This document shows, piece after piece, positions 13,118 through 27,305 of a stretch of DNA of 64,000 nucleotides. A program made the position numbers and the translations under genes. Position 1 is the first letter of the stretch, and every line of letters begins with the position of its first letter. The stretch is from the human T2T-CHM13v2.0 reference genome, Homo sapiens. The stretch lies in the NCBI RefSeq assembly GCF_009914755.1, contig NC_060947.1; one strand, given 5' to 3'. The notes under the pieces are model-generated. The model did no database searches. It had not been told where the DNA came from and saw only the letters and a list, made by a program, of their open reading frames with translations.

Positions 13118-14189
13118 TTTCTCTTGCTTGATTGCTCTGGCCAGAACTTCTAATACTATGTTGAATAGGAGTGGTGAGAGAGGGAGGGCATCCTTGTCTT
13201 GTGCTGATTTTCAAGGAGAATACACCAGCTTTTGCCCATTCAGTCTGATATTGGCTGTAGATTTGAGATATATGGCTCTTATTATTTTGATGTATCTTCC
13301 TTCAAGATCTATTTTATTGAGAGTTTTTAACATGAAGGGGTATTGAATTTAATTGAAAGCCATTTCTGCATCTATTGAGATAATCATGTGGTTCTTGTCT
13401 TTAGTTCTGTTTATGTGATGAATCACATTTATTGATTTGTGTGTGTTAAACCAAGCTTGCATCCAGGCACAAAGCCTACTCAATCATGGTGGATATGGTT
13501 TTTGATGTGCTGCTGGGTTCAGTTTGCCATTATTTTGTTGATGTTCGTCAAGAATATTGGCCTGAAGTTTTCTTGTTTTGTTGTGTCTGCTAGGTTTTTA
13601 GTATCAGAATGATGCTGGCCTCATAGAATGAGTTAGGGAGGAGTCTCTTCTCCTCAAATTTTGGAAATAGTTTCAGTAGGAATCACACCAGCTCTTCTTT
13701 GTACATCTGGTAGAATTAAGTTGTGAATCAGTCTGGTCCTGGGTTTTTTTGGGGGTCGGTAGGCTACTTATTACTGATTCAATGTTGGAGCTCATTATTG
13801 TTCTATTCAAGGATTCAATTTCTTCCTGGTTCAGTCTGTGGAGGGTGTATGTGTCCAATAATTTATCCATTTCTTCTAGATTTTCTAGTTTGTGTGTATA
13901 GAGGTGTTCATAATATTCTCCGATGGTTGTATTTCTTTGGGGCCAGGGGTAGTATACCCTTTGTCATTTCTAATTGTGTTTAATTGGTTCTATTTTCTTC
14001 TTTATTAGTCTAGATGGTAGGCTATGTATTTTATTAATTTTTTCAAAAAACCAACTCTCGGATTTGTTGATCTTTTGAATTTTTTTTCATCTCAATCCCC
14101 TTCAGTTCATCTTTGATTTTGATTATTGCTTGTCTTCTGCTAGCTTTGGGATTGGTTCACTCTTGGTTCTCTAGTTCTTTTAGTTGTAT

Positions 14190-15130
14190 ATTCACTACTT
14201 TAAACATTTATTATTTCTTTGCGGTGATAACATTAAAAATCTCTTCTAGCAATATTGAAATATGCACTACATTGTTATTTGCTCTAGTTACCCTACTGTG
14301 TATTAAAATAACAGAACTTATTCTTCCTATGATATGGTTAGGCTTTGTGTTCTCGCCCAAATCTCATCTTGAATTGTAATCCCCATAATCCCCACATGTC
14401 AAGGGGAGACCAGGTGAAGGTAATTGAATCATGGGGGTGGTTTCCCCCATGCTGTTCTTGTGATAGTGAGTTCTCATGAGATCTAATGGTTTTATATGGG
14501 GCTCTTCGCCCTTCGCTCAGTACTTCTCCTTCCTGCACCTTGTGAAGAAGGTGCCTTGCTTCCCCTTCACCTTCCACCATGATTGTAAGTTTCCTGAGGC
14601 CTCCCCAGCCATGCTGAACTGTGATTCAATTAAACCTCTTCCTTTATAAATTATAAATTACCCAGTCTCAGGCAGTTCTTCATAGCAGTATAAAAATGGA
14701 CTAATACATCCTAACTGTAATTTTGTACCTGTAGTTTTTTCATTGAGTTGTTAGTAGTTTTCTTATTGCTGAGTTTTAGGAGTTCTTTGTATATTTTGAA
14801 TAACAGTCTTTTATCAGTTATCTTTTGCAAACATTTTTTCCCGGTCTGAAGCTTGTCTTTTTATTTCTCTGACAGTTTCTTACACAAAGCAGGAATTCTT
14901 AATTTTAATGAAGTCCAGCTTATCAATTATTTTTTTCATAGATTATGCCTTTGGTGTTGTATGTAAAAAGCCATGTCCAAACCCAAGGTCATCTAGATCT
15001 TCTCCTGAGTTATCTTCTAGTATTTATATAGTTTTGTGTTTCACATTTAGGTCTATGATCCATTTTAAATTAATTTCTGTGAAGGGTGTAAGGTCTGTGG
15101 CTAAATTCATTTCTTTTACATGGGAATATT
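14190..15130 (-). mobile_element. Old L1M fragments (L1MA-like 3'UTR 14190-14730; L1M ORF2 3' region 14750-15130)
   Basis: aaacatttattatttctttg...agaacttattcttccta/tcctaactgtaattttgtacc; gagttctttgtatattttgaataacagtcttttatcag. Confidence 0.65.
14330..14708 (+). mobile_element. THE1D-like MaLR solo LTR
   Basis: tgatatggttaggctttgtg...ggactaataca termini; exact 5-bp TSD tccta (14325-14329, 14709-14713). Confidence 0.9.
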
Positions 15131-15183
15131 GTCCATTCATTTTTGCTCCATTGCTATTCATTTTAGATGACCTAAGATATTAC

Positions 15184-15186
<3 letters not shown>

Positions 15187-15224
<38 letters not shown>

Positions 15225-15245
15225 CACCCCACACCACACCACACA
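15187..15245. repeat. (CA)n microsatellite followed by short CACAC repeats
   Basis: Directly visible. Confidence 0.95.
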
Positions 15246-15684
15246 AGTATCTTCTCAAGTTGTGAAGAGCTGAGCTGTCCACTTGAAGCTGCAGGAGAGA
15301 CACTTCAGACCCTGGCCATTCAGTCATTTACTCAGCATGTATTGAGCACCTACTATATGTTTGACGTCATGTTAGAAGGTGAATACTCATGGTGCCTAAG
15401 GAACATGCCTTGATCTATCTAGTTCATGGTCTAGAGGGGAAGATAGATGTTTGTACAAGGATGACATAAGATGTCAAGTTCCAAAACAGGGATAAGCATA
15501 AAGTGCTATGGATTTCAGGAGAAAGAATGATTAGTTAGGAGGAAGAGAGGAGGAAGGTGTGTTGGTGCTTGGGAAGGTGCTCAAGAGGAAGAATTTCACT
15601 TCCTGAAAGATCACGAGGAGTAAAGGGGTGGGGAAAGCAGAGAGATCACTGCAAGTAAAGGAAACAGTATGAACAGTGGTAGAG

Positions 15685-15694
15685 GTGTGTGTGT

Positions 15695-15735
<41 letters not shown>

Positions 15736-15744
15736 TGTGTGTGT
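15685..15744. repeat. Interrupted (TG)n microsatellite
   Basis: Directly visible. Confidence 0.95.
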
Positions 15745-17419
15745 TTAAGGAAAGGGCTAGATCATTGGGCAGAGTAGCAAATGGGCCTGAAAATCACATT
15801 GGGGTCATGAATACAATGCTAGGGAGTTTGTTCTTTACCCTGAAAAGTAGATCTGACTCCCAGGACAAACAGATACTACTTTCTGCCACCATTCTCTTCC
15901 TCTTTCCTAATCAGTGCCCTCCTTTGTCTTTACTTTTTATGTAAACTGGTTAACTTCATTTATTAAATCATGGATTTATGTTTACCACATTTATTGGGTA
16001 TTTTCTAATGTACCAATGCTGAGTCTTTTGGAACTGTCATTTGTAGCTGGTGATTGACATGCAGAACCCAAAGAGAGCAGAACTCTCCATGGTCCCCATC
16101 CTAGTGCCTCCCCCCAATCATTCCTGTGCCCCTCTAGGGGATTTGGCCAAGACTTCTGGAAGCCAATGCCTTCCAGCTATATACAGTGTTGATATTCTGA
16201 TATATTTGCCAAGACTCTAGTTTATATGCAATCATTTCTTCTCCAGTTGCCTCCTGGACTTATCAGTGGGACTGAAACACAATATAAAGACTACTGCCAA
16301 TATTAAAGTTTTTGGCAAAGAAGTGTGCACCTGAATCTTCTTCTTTGTGCAGGGAGGTAGGATTGGGCACTGGGCTTGTCATAGAGCAAGCTGTTGTAAA
16401 GAAGTGAAGTGGATCCTGGAGATGGTTCTGTTGCAGTGGCAGCACACTATCTCACCAGGTGCTTAGAACTGGCTCCAAGTCTCTGGGAGGGGAACTGGTT
16501 GGCACCAGCAAACAAAGGAGGAAAAAAACTGAGCAGGTTCACTTTCAAGAAATACCTGAAGCGAAACTGAGAAAGAGTCTCTTCCTAGTTCCCACATTAG
16601 GGCTCTCTTCATGGGAAGTATATGATTCAGAATTCCATGGAACAGTCTCCATATCCTTGGTTATCTGCCTGAGCCTGCTGCCTGTAGATGCAAACCCAAC
16701 CAGGATGTCACATTCCCTATCTCTGGTGTATAGTTGGTGCCTATCTTTATCCCTAGATATCCCACCCATGATACCTGATCTTCTCCAAACCAGGAAGTTG
16801 GCACAATCCAGAATTTCAGATTTGCTTAGGGAAATGTGTTTTCTTTCTCCACCAGACTTCCTCTGTCAGTCAAGAAAAGTGCAAACTCATCACAAGGGAC
16901 AGGGTGGGATAGGGGAGGGACCCAAGGCTATACAACCTGAAGAGATTACCATTTAATTTTGGGAGTAGCAGAGAACACCCCTGAAAAAAATGTCTAAAAT
17001 TCTCCTTTACAGTCTGGCTCAAAACTCATCACCTCCAAGAAGCCTTCTTTTCTATATCTCCCCCCATCACTACCCTCACTAGAGGCTATCTTGAATTTAC
17101 AGGGATATGTGTAGACATTGTTTAGCTCCACCAAAAGCATAGGCCCCTTAAGGGGAATGTCTAGGCCTTCCTCAAGTTTCTAACACCCATGGTGTCTGTC
17201 ACAAGGCAGGTATTTGGTAAATGTTTGTTAAATAAATCCCATGGGTTTTGGAATAACTGTTACCATTAATGTTATTTTTTTTTTCTACGTGCCTAGGTCT
17301 TGACTGTCTACATAGGGCCTTCACATCCCTTTTTTCCTTGAATCCTCATCATGGTCTATCAGGTTTCTGCTCTCATGTAAGGGCCATCCACGATGCTGGA
17401 TACACTGCTGTAGACATAA

Positions 17420-17755
<336 letters not shown>

Positions 17756-18010
17756 TAAAACATCTATTTTTTTCTGATATGATATCTGCCTTTTTGATAA
17801 TGCTAGGTTTTCAATTGACTGGATTTGATTTGCTTTGCATTCCCATAGCAAACAGTTCATGTAGGTAGATGCCCTTTATCCAGGTAATCCTCGTGGCTAT
17901 TTCACTCCTTCCTCCCTTTTCTCACAGTGGATCTCATTAGGTAATTATCAGTTTTAGAAATCTCCATTAAGAATTTCTTTTCCACAGTTAACAACAAAGC
18001 TCTGTTTTTA

Positions 18011-19630
<1,620 letters not shown>

Positions 19631-20606
19631 CAAAGCTCTGTTTTTAAATGAAGAAGTTTTCTTATTTCATTTTTAAATACCCAGAGGCTCATTCTGACAA
19701 GTTTTCAGCTTCTTTGTAGCTTCCTTGATCTTCGCAACATGACAAATACAATGGAACCTGTTCTGTAGTCCTTCCCTGTCTGTAACAGGGGGAAGGAAAT
19801 CAAATAGGAGAGACAACTCAGAGCTGAAGGTTGTCAGAGAAATTAAATGTTCTTAAGAGGTGGTGCTGCGAATAAAGGGCGTCCACGCAGGTGTGCCTGA
19901 CCAAGCTGATGGCTTTCAGGTGCGCATTGATATTTGGTATGAGGGAGAAGGGCCATTGAAGAGGTTTTGCGTTTGAACACCTGGAGAGCAAAGAGAGGGG
20001 TGTGGTTGGGGGGGCAAGCAGAAGAGACAAGGTGATTGGTGGTTGCACTCTAGCCTGGGTCAGGGATGAAGTCCAAGTCCCATAGCAAGATGGGCTACTG
20101 GAACAAGTGCTTTTCAGAAGCAAGGGGCGCCACTATGCTCAGGTAACAAAGTGGCACGGAGGGAGGAAGGGAAAGAGGTTATAGGTCAGATATTGAGCCT
20201 GGCTCACCTGTAACATTTTCGGGGTTTAGAACAAGAGTTCAACTTGGGATCCACATACCATATGCCTAAATATTTGAAATGTTTAAATCAACAAATACAG
20301 CATGTTTTATTTAATGGTTTATCTCCTTCCATGACAAATGTAACTTCATAATGACCTCAAAGTCCAGGTTGGGTTCTAGAATTCTCAGACTCCTCTAAGT
20401 CCTGTCCAATGGTGTGGGAAGAACTGCTACCCTTCCCCCTCCCGCTTTAGAAATATTTCAGACCTACACAAAATTGTAGAAAACATTACTATAAACATCC
20501 ATGTATCCACTATTCAGCTTAAGAAATATAACATTACAAATACAGTTGATGTCTGCTGTGGTGCCTTCTCTACTAGAATGCCCCTCCCTTTCTTTCTGAG
20601 AGGTAA

Positions 20607-20917
<311 letters not shown>

Positions 20918-21265
20918 CAAATATGCTTGTCTTTCGAATGCACACTTTTCTGTATGCTACATTTGTATGCATCTCTTACATGCACACCTTTTAGTCTCTC
21001 TCTACTTACCCACAATCAATTTATGGTGGTCATTTTTATGTTTTCCTAGAAGTCATATACATGGTACTATGTTTGTATCCTTTTGGACCTGACTTTTTCC
21101 TTTATGCATTTTTCCCCTCTAGGCCTCAGCCCCTGTGAGTTCTACTTTCCTCCCCAGCCCAGCCCTTGCTGTCCCTTTCAGTTTACCTGAAACAAACCCA
21201 AGCTAGTGAATTAAGGCTGGTCTGACAGGAGGTGAAGCTCAACTTCTTTCTCTGTTGCTTGAAAC

Positions 21266-21434
21266 CAGTGGTTCTCAAACTTTAGTGTTCATCAAAAGCT
21301 CTTAGAGGGCGTGTTAAAACACAGATTGCTGCCCCCACCCCCAGAGTTCCGATTCTGTAGTTCTTGGGTGGAGTCTGAGAATTCCCAGGTAATGCTGATG
21401 ATGCTGTTTGGGAACAAAACTTTGAGAACCACTG
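21266..21434. mobile_element. MER5A hAT-Charlie MITE
   Basis: Perfect terminal inverted repeats cagtggttctcaaa...tttgagaaccactg. Confidence 0.88.
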
Positions 21435-21530
21435 CTTTAGATCAAAGGCTGGGCCCAAGCTCAGCAATACCATGTGGCCTCCAGGCAACCTGGGCCATCC
21501 ATGAAGTTTTCTTCAAAACCATGCTCTAGA

Positions 21531-22060
<530 letters not shown>

Positions 22061-22279
22061 CACACAGCTCTAAAGATGAGCCCCATCTCTCTCTTTCCAA
22101 AAATTGTTTTAAACTTGTCATTTTACTTGATTTTTGGCAGCAGTAAAAGAATTTCAAACAGTCTTACCAAGTGGTGGAAAGTAACACCTTTCAATGAAGG
22201 TATGGTGGGCCAAAACAAAGACTTAAAAGAGAGATTTGAGTTAGGATTATTTATTGAAAAATCTTCCCACGTTTCAGTT

Positions 22280-22415
22280 TATTCATTGAAAACAAACTTT
22301 TATTTTTAACTTGAACAAACACTGTCACATACATCCATGAAAGTTAGATGTCACTGGATATCACTTTTGATGTAACGAACTTTGGAATGATATGTGTTAC
22401 AATTCCCACAGGCAT
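22280..22415 (-). other. CT47B1: Predicted non-coding last exon (exon 3, 3'UTR) of CT47B1
   Basis: Minus-strand acceptor: T-tract + cag|atgcc at 22416/22415; AATAAA at 22299-22304; 3' end approximate. Confidence 0.6.
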
Positions 22416-23570
22416 CTGAAAAAAAAATAAAACAATGAACAACAGAGTCTTCTTTTCCTCCCAACTGTGGGATGAAATGAGAGAAAATAAACAATAGTAC
22501 AACATTAACCAGCACCAGTGACTTTCTAAATAGAAGAAAATGGCCAGCTCTGTGTATATCTGCAACATTTGTGTGCTATATCTTAAACAGGTAGAGAAGC
22601 CCATCTTTTCCTTTTGTAACTCACGAGCTTGGATATCAGGGTGCTTGTGGAACTGAAGGTTTCAGTCAAATGATCACACCAACCTTGTCTGCCTAGCACT
22701 AGAAAAGCTTGTTGCTTTTGTTTTTACATGAGGGGCCATTCTGGGATTTAAATAAATCTCTCAAGCTTCAACAGCCTGTGCTGGTTCCACAAATGATACT
22801 CCCTTACCCTCCCAGACCCTTGGTTTCCGTATCTACCATGTGGGAAAGAAGCCGTTACGAAATATACGGCTGTGAAAATGCAAAATAAATAAGAAAGAAA
22901 GAAAAATGTTAACCATTTAAATATACTCAAAGACAGATATACCTTAAGACTTCATTACCAATTCAGTGATAAACACACATTCTTTTCATCTGACTGTGAC
23001 ATAAAATACCAAAATATATAGCTAAATAAATATATAGGTATTAGTCATTAATTGTGGTCCTACTTGAAATTCTTAGCTTTTTGCTATTTTTAAGTAGTCA
23101 CTTTGTAAAAGGCATTGAGTTGTCTCCTAGTTACTACGGGAGCCTGCATTTCTGTGGTCAAGTAATGAAGGCCCAACTAATGCGTGGCCCAGCCAAGTTA
23201 GCGGCTGTGTCTGGCAACTGTTTTCTACACAAATATTGGTCCTGGTAGTAGGTCTGATACATCTGCCACTTGTTAGTAGTCTTGCAGCTAGAGGACAAAA
23301 GACCTCAACATGAACAAATGAGTAGCCAAGAAGTATATTTCAGAACACACTGCAGTTCATATTACTAGGTACATGAATATTCTCGTAACATTTTAAGTAA
23401 GTTAAATTGAATTTTTAAACTAATTTTAAACTTTTTCTTACTTAACTTACTGAGAATTTTTGTTGTTGTTCAATAAAACTGTCTGCAACAGGTAAATGCC
23501 AGGAATAGTTGACTGATTCTCAAAGCTATACACAGATACCTGGATTTTCTTGGCTTCACCTCTGCTGCGT

Positions 23571-25345
23571 CTAGGTCCCTTTGGAGTTCTTCACCTTGTT
23601 TTCCACATCCTTCTCTTTTTCTTGTTCTTTCTCTTCCTCGCCTGCAGCATCTTGGGCCTCTTCATCCCACTTTTCGGGCTGAGATTTAGTGACTTCTTTA
23701 GGGAAGAATAATACACACATGGGGACCAGACATTCACAGAAAATATAGCCCAATTTATAACTAGCAGCGGCATTCAGTTACTCCACCCTCAGGAGAAGCA
23801 GGATAGAGTTAAGTAAGAAAGGAATAGCTGGGCACCTTCCTACTGGTTTTCACAACAGTTCCATGGCCCTCACGTTGCTGCTGCTTGATCATTTCCACAG
23901 GGACACTGTATTTCCCTTTTTTCCAGTAAATCTCCCACCCAAAGCGGCTGATTATTTCTAGTTCTTTGGAGAAGAAGAGATCTGAATCATCGGGTCTGAT
24001 CTCATTCTATGGTGTTTTGGTCAGAACTTTGTTGGGAAAATATTTGTTTACCTCAAAAGACAAATTCTATGGTGAAGCTCATTGGTTCCTCACCCCCTGA
24101 ATGTTTCATTTTTACCAAGTGCTCCTGTATCACTTCATCATTTGGGGGATCAACTTTCTACGAATCTTTACACTTTGAAAAGCCATGAACCAAAAAGCAC
24201 GCCTGCCTCCCATTTGCCTGTTCTTTTCCTTCTGTTTCCTGCGGAGCTCCCTCCTGAACCCCTATCTACCTGGCCATTCATCTGCAGGCTCGCAAATGGC
24301 ATCGATGATCTCAGATCTCCTATCAAATATAGGTTGGTAGAGGGCGGCAAGTTTTCTCAAAACCATAGATGTCATTAGAGAATTGGGCTTCGACTCACTG
24401 GGACACATTCAGCCTTAAGTTTCAGGAGGGCCCCAACACCTGCTTCACCACCCGAGGCCCCGACCCCCCTTCACCACCCGCTTCACCAGCTGTGCCCGCA
24501 CCGCAGCCCTGCCCAGAGCCCTTGGACACATGGATCCCCGCTTCCCCGCTGCTGCCGCTAGCCCCCTTACCCTCGGGGGCCACGGCCTCCTCTGAGGTCG
24601 GTTCCTCTGCGGCCGGTTCCTCTGTGGCCTCCTCTGTGAGCTTCTCCTCTGCGGCCTCCTCTGGGGGTTTCTCATCTGCGGCCTCCTCCGCGGGCTCCCT
24701 GGCCATCTCGGCCAGGTCAGCTGGCACTGCAGGCTCTGGGACCGACGCGGCCTCCTGGACCGACGCAGCCTCCTGGATCAGGCCGAGGCCCTCGCCTTCT
24801 GGGGCTGCAGCCCCTGCACCCAGCCTCTGGGACAGCAGCAGCAGGGGAGGGTTGTCCCAGAGGTTGGGCACAGCAGCGTGGGGCCCCACCATCAGGCGGC
24901 TGAGGTGACGGTTCGCTATCTGGATGTGGTCGTTGTGATAGAGGCGGCGGAGAAGGGAGTGGACCAGGTACAGGAACACGAAGCCAATGCCCGCCGCCGG
25001 GTACCGACGGGTGGCCACCGCCAAGTCGAAGTTGGCCGCCTCGTTCCCCTCTTCCTCCTCCTCCTCTTCCTCCGTCGCGGGCCCGATATCTGAGTCCTCC
25101 TCGGCGCTCCCGCCCTGGGGGACTGCGGCCAGGCCTGCCGCCTGCTCACCCTCCTCCTCCCCGAGGCCTTCCACGGGCCCTGCGACTCCGACCACCTCGG
25201 CCGCAGGCACCATGTCGCTGCTGTCGGGGCCGGAGTCGCCGCCCTCCTGGTTACCAGCTCCGGCCGCCTCGGCCTGTGCTCCCTCCTGGCTTACCGGGGC
25301 CTCCTGGTCCCCTTGGGTCGGGTGTCGGTCCCCTGTGGCAGACAT
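23571..25345 (-). CDS. CT47B1: Cancer/testis antigen 47B1, 299 aa; join(25345..24571, 23695..23571)
   Basis: [23 protein letters not shown]-terminus; donor GAGG|gtaagg at 24571/24570; acceptor ttcttccctaaag|AAGTC at 23696/23695; 775+125=900 nt = 299 codons + stop, ending KVKNSKGT. Confidence 0.93.
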
Positions 25346-25640
25346 GACACCAGCAGCGCCTCAACTGGGGTGGCGAGCGGGCTGAGGCGACCACGGTGAA
25401 GACGGTGACCACTGAGGTGGCTACGGCCGAGGGGAGGCGAGGAGCTGGCCGCTGAGGGAATAAGAGTCTTTCTCTTTATTGAGGAAATAAGAGTCTGTCT
25501 CAGAGGACACCCTAAGGTGGGAAGGGCAGGGAGCGAATCCTAGGAACCTCCCACCAAGTCTGGCCTGAGAGGACTTAGATAAGGCGGGAAAGATTCTGGT
25601 TGGCAGGAGACAGGGGGCGGGACCGGAAGGGTCAACGAGG
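24430..25640. promoter_or_regulatory. CpG island over CT47B1 exon 1 and promoter, with GC box
   Basis: Very GC/CpG-rich relative to the flanks; ggggcggg at ~25614-25621. Confidence 0.7.
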
Positions 25641-25767
25641 GGCTCTCAGTGAGCCCTAAGCTCATTTGCTGAAAACTTCAGATTGACATGCTCTTTGTCC
25701 AATGAATGATCAAGGCCCTTAAGCTCTAGGACAACTCAGAATCCAGAATCCAGAGCTTTTCCTTTTC

Positions 25768-26068
25768 TTTTTTTTATTTTTATTTTTTCAGACGGAGCCT
25801 TGCTCTATTGCCCAGGCTGGAGTACAGTGGCATGATCTCAGCTGACTGCAATCCCCGCCTCCTGGGTTCCAGTGATTCTCCTGCCTCAGCCTCCTGAGTA
25901 GCTGGGACTATAGGTGCATGCCACCACGCCCGGCTAGTTTTTGTATTTTTAGTAGAGACAGGGTTTCACCATGTTGGCCAGGATGGTCTCGATCTCCTGA
26001 TCTTGTGATCCACCTACCTCGGCCTCCCAAAGTGCTGGGATTACAGGCGTGAGCCAGTGTGCCCGGCC
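25768..26068 (-). mobile_element. AluSc-like SINE upstream of CT47B1. Tail-shortened copies at 30648-30927, 35509-35788, 40369-40648, 45229-45508, 50089-50368, 54949-55228, 59809-60088
   Basis: Antisense Alu dimer; degenerate TSD gagcttttccttttc/gagctccaccttttc. Confidence 0.9.
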
Positions 26069-26348
26069 GAGCTCCACCTTTTCTTTGAGGCCTTAGTGTC
26101 CAGGGCTACCCTTTAGGTCCACACAAGTCCTGCCCTTTTAATTTTATGATTATTAGCAACACTATAGTAGTCCCATGTGGAGGCACCCTGGAGCATGGGA
26201 ACTGCAAGGCGGTCACAGAGTTCACTTATTTCCACCTAGTAATGGCTCATGCCAGTAGAGATAGTGTCATAAAAATGTTATATAGTTCATAGCTAAGCAG
26301 TAGTGAAAACCTCCCAAGAGACATAAGAATTTCACTGAGTTAACGTAG

Positions 26349-26504
<156 letters not shown>

Positions 26505-26554
26505 TAAAAGGACCAGGTCATCTCATAAGAGCTAAGCATCAAAAACACCAAAAG

Positions 26555-26921
<367 letters not shown>

Positions 26922-27169
26922 CTAGCCGTATTACAAGTGCTCAGTAGTCACAACACACAGCTCTAAAGATGAGCCCCATCTCTCTCTTTTCAAAAATTGT
27001 TTTAAACTTGTCATTTTACTTGATTTTTGGCTGCAGTGAAAGAATTTCAAAGAGTCTTACCAAATGGCGGAAAGTAATATCTTTCAATGAAGGTATGGTG
27101 GGCCAAAACAAAGACGTAAAGGAGAGATTTGAGTTAAGATTACTTATTGAAAAATCTTCCCACGTTTCA

Positions 27170-27305
27170 GTTTATTCATTTAAAACAAACTTTTATTTTT
27201 TAACTTGAACACTGTCACATACATCCATGAAAGTTAGATGTCACTGGATATCACTTTTGATGTAACGAACTTTGGAATGATATGTGTTACAATTCCCACA
27301 GGCAT
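27170..27305 (-). other. CT47A: Predicted non-coding exon 3 of the first CT47A copy (repeated in every unit)
   Basis: Acceptor tttttatctttttctccag|atgcc at 27306/27305; AATAAA at 27192-27197 and 27171-27176; matching donor ccag|gtatct at 28444/28443. Confidence 0.6.

Larger units (their letters stand above)
10224..14186 (-). mobile_element. L1PA13-16-like LINE-1, 3' ~3 kb (ORF2 RT/C-terminal region and 3'UTR), interrupted by an Alu and a younger L1
   Basis: T-rich tail at 10224; ORF2 peptides [46 protein letters not shown] on the minus strand. Confidence 0.9.

Noticed and set aside
6523-14186. Single L1 with an inverted 3' half
   Set aside because: The halves look like different subfamilies, their overlapping ORF2 segments are clearly diverged, and the junction is at the tail rather than the twin-priming position.
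16260-16460. Faint resemblance of a minus-strand translation (CAATATEPSPGS...RFRCT) to a ZP-like domain
   Set aside because: Interrupted by stops and too weak to support without a profile search.
23571-23753. 60-aa [14 protein letters not shown]...NSKGT as a separate gene
   Set aside because: It is CT47 exon 2 plus upstream intronic sequence.
24369-25385. Plus-strand and alternative-frame ORFs overlapping CT47 exon 1 (170/179, 116/132, 93, 76, 70 aa), repeated in each unit
   Set aside because: Shadow ORFs of a GC-rich, low-complexity exon; their recurrence only reflects the tandem duplication.
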